Part shown: positions 53,773-60,995 of the stretch, piece after piece
Position numbering within the stretch: the first letter of the stretch is position 1
How the letters are laid out: the number at the start of each line of letters is the position of its first letter
Source of the DNA: Candidatus Dojkabacteria bacterium
GTDB lineage: Bacteria > Patescibacteriota > Dojkabacteria > J137
Assembly: GCA_030834985.1 (NCBI GenBank)
Contig: JAUQWV010000007.1
Coordinates: 4,321 to 68,320, forward strand
DNA: 64,000 nucleotides
Reading direction: 5' to 3'
Notes under the pieces: model-generated
The model's database searches: none
The model's input: only the letters and a program-made list of their open reading frames with translations
What the model was told of the DNA's origin: nothing
Position numbers and translations under genes: made by a program

Positions 53773-56120
53773 AATTTACTATATTTTAATCTTAATGAAT
53801 TAGATACTACTGAAACGCTGCTTAACGCCATTGCTAATCCTGCAAAAGCTGGATTTAATAAAATTCCAAAAAGTGGGTATAGAATACCAGTTGCTAAAGG
53901 AATACCTACAATATTGTAAGCAAATGCCCAGAATAGATTTTGTTTAATAGCCTTTAAGGTAAATTTAGAAAGTTTAATAGCCTGTAATACTTTAGAAAAA
54001 TCTCCTTTTAATAGAGTAATAGAAGCTGATTCAATTGCTACATCAGTTCCAGTACTCATTGCAATGCCTATGTCGGCTTGAGCAAGTGCGGGTGCGTCAT
54101 TCACACCATCTCCAACCATTGCAACAATATTGCCTTCACTTTGCAGCTGTTTAATTTTTTCTGCTTTTTGATTAGGTAAGACCTCGGCGATAACCTGGTC
54201 AATACCCGCTTGTTTAGCAATATAGTTGGCTACTTCCAGGTTATCGCCTGTAAGCATTACAACTTTTAGCCCAAGTTTATGAAGTGCTTTTATAGTTGTT
54301 ACTGCGTTTGGTTTTAATGTATCTGCAAGTCCTAAAATAGCAAGAATCTTTTTAGATGACATTAAAATTACAGGAGTTTTGCCATCGCTTATAAGTTGTT
54401 CAATAAGCGTTTTTTCGAATTTTAAGTCTAAATCCTCAACGAGTTTTAGATTACCAGCAAAGTATTGTTCATTATTTATTTTTCCTTTTAAACCTTTACC
54501 TTCAATAATAGAGAAATCTTCAACCTGATCTAATTCAATATTTTCACCTTGAGACTTGTTGATTATAGCTTTAGCTAAAGGGTGCTCTGAGTATTTTTCT
54601 AAAGATGAAATTATTTTAAGTAAATCTTTTTCTGATTTACTATCATCTACTACAAGTATATCTGTAACTTCCGGTTCTCCTTTTGTAATTGTCCCAGTTT
54701 TGTCAGTAACAATAACTTTCACTTTACTTAGTTTTTCTAAGCTTTCAGCATCTTTAATCAAAATACCGTTTTGAGCACCTTGACCTGTTCCGACAATAAT
54801 CGCTGTTGGTGTTGCTAATCCTAATGCACAAGGGCAGGCAATTATAAGAACTCCGGTAAAGCAGAGTAACCCAAAAGATAAGCTCTCTGAAAAAGGCATA
54901 AAATTAGAGCCTATAACTAACCATGCAACTAATGTTATTACTGCAATAATAAGAACAAGCGGTACAAATACAGATGAGACTTTATCTGCTAATCCCTGAA
55001 TTGGTGCTTTTGAGCCTTGAGCTTCATCTACCATAGTAATAATTTGAGCTAATAATGTTGCCTGCCCAATTTTTGTAGCCTTAAATTTAAGGCTACCTTG
55101 TTTGTTGATTGTTCCTCCAATAATTAAATCACCCACAGTTTTATCTACAGGGATTGCTTCTCCTGTGATCATTGATTCATCTACTGCAGATGATCCTTCA
55201 ATAATTTCTCCGTCTACAGCAATCTTACTGCCAGGTTTTACAATAATGATATCGCCTACTATAACTTCTTCAATTTTAATTTCAATCTCCTTACCATCTC
55301 TTTCTACAATTGCTGTTTTTGCTTGAAGACTCAGTAGCTTTTCAATTGCTTCACTTGTTTGAAGTTTGGATCTAGTTTCTAAATATTTACCTAAATATAC
55401 AAAGCCGATAACTACGATTGTTACATCAAAATATACATGCTCTGGTAGGTTTAATACTTCACGAATTTCTGTAAACAAAGTGACAATTGTACTGTAGATA
55501 AATGCAGTCAGTGTTCCAATTCCAATTAATGTATACATATTGGCCGCCCGATATTTTATAAATATCCATACCTCTTTTAAAAATTCTCCACCAACCCAAA
55601 ATAAAATTACTGCTGCAACTATAAGTAATAGTTTTTGCATTAAACTCTCTGGAATTGGCAGCATTGGAAGCCCAAAATTTTTAGAAAGAATATCCCAAAT
55701 CATTACTGCAAAAGTGAATAGAGCAACAGGAAGAGAAACCATTACTTTTCGTTTTTGATTGGCCAACTCTTTGAGCTTATCTTCTTTAGATTGATTAAGG
55801 CCTAAATGAGCAGAGTGATCAATACCATTGATATCCATTGCAGAATCTTCCATTACAGTCCCGTCTGGCATAATATGTTTTCCTAAATGATTTGCAGGTT
55901 GCTCGATGTTTGCTAAACGATAGCCTAGCTTTTCAATTTTTTTACTTAAATCTTGAATTGTTGTTTTAGTAGGATCAAATTTAATTTTTGCTTTTTCATT
56001 GCCGTAATTAACATCGCACTCAACTACTCCATCAGCTTTTTTTAAAGTATTTTGAATGGTTATTGCGCAAGAAGCGCATGCCATTCCGATTACTGGAACA
56101 TTTATTGTAGAAAGCTTCAT
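53769..56120 (-). CDS. copA: Copper-translocating P1B-type ATPase
   Basis: GMACASC, TGE, CPCALGLA, DKTGT, SEHPLA, GDGVND, YN and MALSS motifs. Confidence 0.95.
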   Translation of the reverse strand: MKLSTINVPVIGMACASCAITIQNTLKKADGVVECDVNYGNEKAKIKFDPTKTTIQDLSKKIEKLGYRLANIEQPANHLGKHIMPDGTVMEDSAMDINGIDHSAHLGLNQSKEDKLKELANQKRKVMVSLPVALFTFAVMIWDILSKNFGLPMLPIPESLMQKLLLIVAAVILFWVGGEFLKEVWIFIKYRAANMYTLIGIGTLTAFIYSTIVTLFTEIREVLNLPEHVYFDVTIVVIGFVYLGKYLETRSKLQTSEAIEKLLSLQAKTAIVERDGKEIEIKIEEVIVGDIIIVKPGSKIAVDGEIIEGSSAVDESMITGEAIPVDKTVGDLIIGGTINKQGSLKFKATKIGQATLLAQIITMVDEAQGSKAPIQGLADKVSSVFVPLVLIIAVITLVAWLVIGSNFMPFSESLSFGLLCFTGVLIIACPCALGLATPTAIIVGTGQGAQNGILIKDAESLEKLSKVKVIVTDKTGTITKGEPEVTDILVVDDSKSEKDLLKIISSLEKYSEHPLAKAIINKSQGENIELDQVEDFSIIEGKGLKGKINNEQYFAGNLKLVEDLDLKFEKTLIEQLISDGKTPVILMSSKKILAILGLADTLKPNAVTTIKALHKLGLKVVMLTGDNLEVANYIAKQAGIDQVIAEVLPNQKAEKIKQLQSEGNIVAMVGDGVNDAPALAQADIGIAMSTGTDVAIESASITLLKGDFSKVLQAIKLSKFTLKAIKQNLFWAFAYNIVGIPLATGILYPLFGILLNPAFAGLAMALSSVSVVSNSLRLKYSKL

Positions 56121-56533
56121 ACAAATTTGATCTTTAATAAATACATACCCATTGAGCAGGCTGCTGTGATCTCTGTTCCAGCAGCCTGCTCCCCTAAATT
56201 GACCAAAGTTTCTCCGTTTGGCGGAAGAAACTTTGAATAGGCGAGTGCTGGAATTTGGAATGCTGCACTGCAGTCAAATGCTTGATTAGAAATTAGTTTT
56301 AAAACAGTTTTAGTATTAGCTTTAGCTTCTATATAATTTGGAGTGTATCCACCTTTTACAGTAACTTCTACAACCTGGGTATTCTCGTCAATTGCAGTAT
56401 CTTCTGTATTTACTTTATTGATATCTCCACTGTTGGATTTATTTTGGAACAAAAGAAAGAGTAAAAAAATTACTGCTGCAACTATTATTATAACTACAAT
56501 AATATTACTTGAATTGTTTTGCTCTTCTTCCAT
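56117..56533 (-). CDS. Membrane-anchored cupredoxin-domain copper chaperone (CupA-like)
   Basis: GGYTP, DCS and CSMGM motifs; N-terminal TM helix. Confidence 0.85.
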   Translation of the reverse strand: MEEEQNNSSNIIVVIIIVAAVIFLLFLLFQNKSNSGDINKVNTEDTAIDENTQVVEVTVKGGYTPNYIEAKANTKTVLKLISNQAFDCSAAFQIPALAYSKFLPPNGETLVNLGEQAAGTEITAACSMGMYLLKIKFV

Positions 56534-56537
56534 ATTT

Positions 56538-56792
56538 TTATTTTAAATCGAAGATCTTAACCAATTCATCAATCGCCTTGCTTTTATCATGTTTTAAATT
56601 ATGTTCTAAACATGAATTTAGGTGATTTTTTAAAAGTGTCTTTTTGGCGGATTCTAAAAGGCCAGTTACAGCATCAATCTGCTGAATAATCTCAGGACAG
56701 TATCTATCTTCTTCTATCATTTCGGATACTTTTTTTAAGATCCCAGAAGCTTTCTTTATAGATAGATCTGTTTTTTGCTTTACTTCAGTCAT
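56538..56792 (-). CDS. csoR: CsoR/RcnR family metal-sensing repressor
   Basis: MIEEDRYCPEIIQQIDAV and NHLNSC motifs. Confidence 0.9.
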   Translation of the reverse strand: MTEVKQKTDLSIKKASGILKKVSEMIEEDRYCPEIIQQIDAVTGLLESAKKTLLKNHLNSCLEHNLKHDKSKAIDELVKIFDLK

Positions 56793-56820
56793 TTAATTTA
56801 TTTTAAAAAATTAACCATAT

Positions 56821-56861
56821 ACCTAGATACCAGGTTAGCTTAATTTTAATATACTTGTCAA
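56821..56861 (-). promoter_or_regulatory. Copper operon promoter with a candidate CsoR operator
   Basis: TTGACA(56861-56856)-18 bp-TAACCT; short inverted repeat ACCT-N7-AGGT (56821-56835) over the -10/+1 region. Confidence 0.45.
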
Positions 56862-57033
56862 TCAAAAATATACCGTTAAGAAACGAACTCTTTAATTAAC
56901 TCTTCGATACAGTTATTAAAGTCTTTTAGGTTTAAAAGTACAAACGATATTGTATCGGCAGCTATGCCTCTTTGTAGTTTAAAATTATGGAAATCTTACT
57001 CTAAATAGGGTAAAATTCATAGCTTCAACTTAT

Positions 57034-57107
57034 GGGGTGATAGCTCAACTGGTTAGAGCATCCGCCTGTCACGCGGAAGGTTGAGGGTTCGAATCCCTTT
57101 CATCCCG
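57034..57107 (+). tRNA. tRNA-Asp(GTC)
   Basis: GGGGTGA/TCATCCC acceptor, TCCGC-CTGTCAC-GCGGA anticodon arm, TTCGAAT T-loop. Confidence 0.96.
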
Positions 57108-57149
57108 TTTTTGCCTTCTTGAAATGCCCTTTTTATGTAATAATATAAC

Positions 57150-57201
57150 TTGAATTTATTATAGAATGGATATATAATATGTGCGTACCTTGAAGTAGGA
57201 G
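57150..57201 (+). promoter_or_regulatory. Sigma70 promoter and SD
   Basis: TTGAAT(57150)-17 bp-TATAAT(57173); TAGGAG at 57196-57201. Confidence 0.65.
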
Positions 57202-57211
57202 AAAGCTAAGA

Positions 57212-57436
57212 ATGAACGTCGAACGTGTCCGCTTTGTTGCTAAGCTGATGGGTCTAGCAGGTGTACTTATCCTAGTTGGATTCATTTTCAACACTGAAGT
57301 AAATACCCCTGAGCGCTGGTTGTTCGATGGCTGGTTGCCGAAAGGTGACTTTGCTTTAATTTCTTTAGGCGCGGCATTCGTTCTTTGGATGTTTGCTGCA
57401 GCCCTCTGGTATATTACCGGGGGCGAAAAACAATAA
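57212..57436 (+). CDS. Small orphan two-TM protein, 74 aa, GC-enriched
   Basis: Own promoter, SD and 3' hairpin; two hydrophobic helices. Confidence 0.75.
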   Translation: MNVERVRFVAKLMGLAGVLILVGFIFNTEVNTPERWLFDGWLPKGDFALISLGAAFVLWMFAAALWYITGGEKQ

Positions 57437-57452
57437 TTTTCCTGTCTTCAAG

Positions 57453-57480
57453 TTTGGGCACCGCGGTAGCGGTGCCCAAA
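57453..57480. terminator. GC-rich terminator hairpin
   Basis: 12-bp perfect stem TTTGGGCACCGC/GCGGTGCCCAAA between convergent genes. Confidence 0.8.
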
Positions 57481-57502
57481 GTCTTTCTAAGGATTAATCT
57501 TC

Positions 57503-58057
57503 TTATATCATTTTTGCAAAAAGGCTACCCGTAGCTTCTTTTTGCCCGTTATATGGGTTATTAGAACGTTCATCTGTTTTATTCTTTTGGTTAAATCTAA
57601 AGGTTATAAGTTTGCCGATTCTAAGCCCAAAAGATAGTTTTACATCCCAAATCCCTGCGTTATAAATCTCAAGAGTAATTATATGAGGATCTTGTCCCGG
57701 CGGAATATAGCTAGCTGACTGATGTATTGTAAGTCCAAGTCTTGCTATGCTTGAACCTCCATCAATAAACATTGCAGTATCGGAATCAAGTCCAATTAAT
57801 TCATTTGTTTGACCTAAAATAAACATTCCTGGTTTTAAAATAAAGGCCTCTTCTTTTAGGTCAAACTTTTTATATTCCGGTTTTGAGCCTTCAATCGTTG
57901 GGTCAATTAAAGCGCCTTTGTTTTGCGGTTTTAGAATATATTGTCCTAAATGTACTTCGTATTTGCCTGCTCTTAGGTGTTTTTCATTAAAAGGCTCAAT
58001 AGTGATTTTCTTCTGCTGAATAAGATTTAGGATTTCGGTGTCTGTAAGTATGCTCAT
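57503..58057 (-). CDS. dcd: dCTP deaminase
   Basis: MSILTDTEI, LKPGMFILGQTNE, SSIARLGL, ITLEIYN and YNGQ motifs; GGSS replaces the usual GRSS. Confidence 0.85.
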   Translation of the reverse strand: MSILTDTEILNLIQQKKITIEPFNEKHLRAGKYEVHLGQYILKPQNKGALIDPTIEGSKPEYKKFDLKEEAFILKPGMFILGQTNELIGLDSDTAMFIDGGSSIARLGLTIHQSASYIPPGQDPHIITLEIYNAGIWDVKLSFGLRIGKLITFRFNQKNKTDERSNNPYNGQKEATGSLFAKMI

Positions 58058-58091
58058 TTAGATATTGTATCAAAAAGTTTTGATTAGTGGT

Positions 58092-58124
58092 GGATGCCGG
58101 CAAGCAGAAAGCTTGCCGGCATCC
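58092..58124 (-). terminator. GC-rich hairpin after the small gene
   Basis: 14-bp perfect stem GGATGCCGGCAAGC/GCTTGCCGGCATCC, 4 nt past the stop. Confidence 0.75.
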
Positions 58125-58128
58125 TGTG

Positions 58129-58398
58129 TTACTCGCTCTCTTCCTCAGTTTCATCAACATAATAGAAGAGAGCTTTTTCCCCTTCTTTAGGGGAACGAAA
58201 CGTTCCGGCAGGGAGTTCGTAGATCAGAGGGGGCCCCTCCGCACCGGTTGCCCATACCTTACCAGTGATTCCGTGCCTTCCAAGCTCATACGCCATTGGG
58301 AGCCGATATTTCTCTCCTCGAGCCTGTAAGAGCTTAATTCTGGCAAGGACGAACGCTAACGTAAGCGGATCCGGTCCGCCTTTGACCAAATTAGCCAT
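58129..58398 (-). CDS. Small orphan protein, 89 aa, GC-rich
   Basis: SD AAGGAGG (58410-58404), TATAAT (58431-58426) and 3' hairpin. Confidence 0.75.
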   Translation of the reverse strand: MANLVKGGPDPLTLAFVLARIKLLQARGEKYRLPMAYELGRHGITGKVWATGAEGPPLIYELPAGTFRSPKEGEKALFYYVDETEEESE

Positions 58399-58475
58399 TT
58401 TCCCCTCCTTCGGCTAATTGCAGTGATTATACAACACTGATAGACTATTCTTAGTTAAATTCCTTTATTATAAAT

Positions 58476-59768
58476 ATGACAAAATCGTTAAAAGTATCAA
58501 TAGCTGTTTTAGTCGTTCTTGTATTGATATTTTTATTCCTTGCTGTGCTGTTTATAACAAAGAATACGTCTTTTCTGAATTTCAATATTTCTAGACAAGA
58601 GGTAGATGCCAACAATCAGAATTCGCAAGTTGAATCAGATACAAGTAATGTATTATTTGCGCAGCAAATAGTTGTGCCAGATTCAAATAAAGTTGGCGTA
58701 TTTGCTGCGCCTCAAACACTAAATTTACCTCAGGCTTTTACAATCTCAGTTTGGGCAGCAGGCTTAAATGCTCCAAGACAAATAGATTTTACAAATGAAA
58801 ATAATATAGTTGTGGCAGAACGTGGTGCAGATTCAATAAAGTTCATTAAGCAGTCTCAAGATGGTACTTTGGGGTTAGAAACGATCACAATTGATTCAAA
58901 TTTAGATAATGTTCACAGTGTAGATTATTACAGTGGAGATCTTTATGTTGGAGAGGAGTCTCGTATTGTTGTTTATCGTGATCTTACAGAAGATGGAACA
59001 TACACAAACAAAGAAGTATTAATTGATAATCTTCCGCAAGGAGGTCACTGGTCACGAACAGTAAAGGTTGGTCCAGATAACAAACTCTATATAACGGTTG
59101 GCTCATCTTGTAACTTATGTGAAGAAGCAGATGGGCGAAGAGCTGCAATGTTAACTGCTAATTTAGATGGGAGTAATCTTCAACCTTATGCGACAGGGCT
59201 TCGCAACACTGTAGATTTTGTTTTTAAATCTACTCCTGTGGATTTTAAGATATGGGGAGTTGATAACGGAAGAGATTTGATAGGTGATGATCTACCGCCT
59301 GATGAAGTTAATATTATTAGTCAAGGTTTAAATTATGGCTGGCCTTATTGTTATGGGCAAGGAATTAATAATCCTGAATATCCTGAACGCTCTGGGTATT
59401 GTAAGACTGAAACAGAAATCCCTGCATTTAATCTACAGGCGCATTCTGCTGCACTTGGGTTAACATTTTTAGTTAATGATGATTTAACTCAAAAAGTTAA
59501 ATTTCCACAGCAGATATTTAAAGATGATTTATTTATAGCATTTCATGGGTCTTGGAATAGAACAATCCCAACGGGTTATAAAGTTGTTCGTGTAAATACT
59601 TCTAAGCCAGCCGGTAAAGAAATAAATTTCATTACCGGCTGGCTTAACGATCAAGGCCAAGTCTGGGGAAGACCAGTAGACGTTAAATTCGATAAAAACG
59701 GAGATTTGTATATTACAGACGACTACGCCGGTGCAATATATAAAGTTCAATATAGTCCACTTAGATAA
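58476..59768 (+). CDS. Membrane-anchored glucose/sorbosone dehydrogenase-like beta-propeller
   Basis: GHWSR, GSSCNLC, GLRN, DNGRD, YGWPYC, HGSWNR and GRPVDV motifs. Confidence 0.9.
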   Translation: MTKSLKVSIAVLVVLVLIFLFLAVLFITKNTSFLNFNISRQEVDANNQNSQVESDTSNVLFAQQIVVPDSNKVGVFAAPQTLNLPQAFTISVWAAGLNAPRQIDFTNENNIVVAERGADSIKFIKQSQDGTLGLETITIDSNLDNVHSVDYYSGDLYVGEESRIVVYRDLTEDGTYTNKEVLIDNLPQGGHWSRTVKVGPDNKLYITVGSSCNLCEEADGRRAAMLTANLDGSNLQPYATGLRNTVDFVFKSTPVDFKIWGVDNGRDLIGDDLPPDEVNIISQGLNYGWPYCYGQGINNPEYPERSGYCKTETEIPAFNLQAHSAALGLTFLVNDDLTQKVKFPQQIFKDDLFIAFHGSWNRTIPTGYKVVRVNTSKPAGKEINFITGWLNDQGQVWGRPVDVKFDKNGDLYITDDYAGAIYKVQYSPLR

Positions 59769-59839
59769 AATTAATTCATATCCAAAGCCCGTTTCGCGAA
59801 TGCGGGTAGAATAGGGCGGAGGATATGAATTTAATTTTA
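59766..59839. other. 74-nt intergenic stem-loop
   Basis: 11-bp stem AATTCATATCC/GGATATGAATT extended by TAAAATT/AATTTTA, with a GC-rich interior. Confidence 0.55.
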
Positions 59840-59855
59840 GTGTACAATATTTAAT

Positions 59856-60938
59856 ATGACACAGCATCCTGTACCTCAAAATGTTATAGAAGTCGAATTT
59901 AAACTTTTTGGCAGCTTCACTTTAAAACAATTTTCTAGGATTTTGATTGGAGCCTTAGTAGGCGTTGTTTTTTTTGTTCTTCCGCTGCCGCCAATAATTA
60001 AATTCCCGTTAGCAGGTGTAAGTGTGATTATTGGTTTTGGTATGGCAGTTGCCCCTAGCTTAGGTACTTGGTTAACTGGTTTTGTTAAAGCAATGTTTGT
60101 TTCACCAAGATATGTTTGGATTCGTGAAGCTTCTCCTCCAGATATTTTAAAAGCTAAGCCGGTAGCAGCATCTACAGCTAAGGAATTTAAAGTTGATAAA
60201 GCAACTGCACAAAATAAAATCGATATCAGTAAAGTAGATTTAAAGAGTATTTATGGAAATCAGAATAAACCAATAATCCAGACAACTGTAGCTAAAGAAG
60301 AAGAAACAATGGATTTAAAACCTGATAAAGTTTCGGAAGATAATTTTGTAAGAGTTTATGAAGATGTTTTTGGCGAAGGATTATTTCAGCGGTCAAAAGA
60401 CTCTGCACTTAATCAATTTTACAATAAAGAATTTGTTGAAAAACCAAAAACTCAGGAAAGTATAAATAAGCAGATTAAAGACTATACAGAAGAAATTAAT
60501 AAATTAAAATTTGAACTTTCAATGATTGTAAAAGATGAAAACTATAAGCAAAAAGAAGAGGAGATTTTATCTAGAATAAATGATCTTTATAGAGAACTAA
60601 AAATTTTGAATAATCCTCAATTGAGTGCAAATACTGTACAGCCAGTTATTAAAAATCAGCAAGTTCAAACAACTGCAGTGCAAGGTAAGATAGTTAACGG
60701 AATAGTTGTAGATAAGAAGGATATGCCAATTCCAAATGTTATAGTTTCTTTTGTAAATAGACAGAAGAATGTGATTTACAGAACTAAATCAGGCGGAGAC
60801 GGTAAATTCACTACTGGTAGCCCAATCCCAGTTGGAACTTATGCTGTAGTTTTGGATCAAATTAATCATAAGTTCCACACATATTTAGTGGAAGTAAATA
60901 CACAAAGTTTACCTGCATTTAAATTCAGAGAAAAATGA
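59856..60938 (+). CDS. PrgI-family membrane protein with a C-terminal carboxypeptidase-regulatory-like domain
   Basis: QHPVPQNV..EFKLFG.FTLKQF N-terminus, two TM helices, GIVVDK..PIPNV..KSGGDGKF..GTY. Confidence 0.75.
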   Translation: MTQHPVPQNVIEVEFKLFGSFTLKQFSRILIGALVGVVFFVLPLPPIIKFPLAGVSVIIGFGMAVAPSLGTWLTGFVKAMFVSPRYVWIREASPPDILKAKPVAASTAKEFKVDKATAQNKIDISKVDLKSIYGNQNKPIIQTTVAKEEETMDLKPDKVSEDNFVRVYEDVFGEGLFQRSKDSALNQFYNKEFVEKPKTQESINKQIKDYTEEINKLKFELSMIVKDENYKQKEEEILSRINDLYRELKILNNPQLSANTVQPVIKNQQVQTTAVQGKIVNGIVVDKKDMPIPNVIVSFVNRQKNVIYRTKSGGDGKFTTGSPIPVGTYAVVLDQINHKFHTYLVEVNTQSLPAFKFREK

Positions 60939-60995
60939 ACTATTAATGCTCTTATCACTTTTTCTTAATAAAAAGTTTTGGTATTCTAATTAAGT

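Noticed and set aside
19946-57107. Prophage or island integrated at one of the tRNA genes
   Set aside because: I found no duplicated tRNA 3' ends by eye and no integrase or phage genes.
58087-58329. 80-aa plus-strand ORF
   Set aside because: It begins in the hairpin region and is antisense to the SD-led 58129-58398 gene.
462-59839. Integron attC interpretation of the cassette hairpins and long stem-loops
   Set aside because: No RYYYAAC..GTTRRRY boxes, no tandem array and no integrase in the window.
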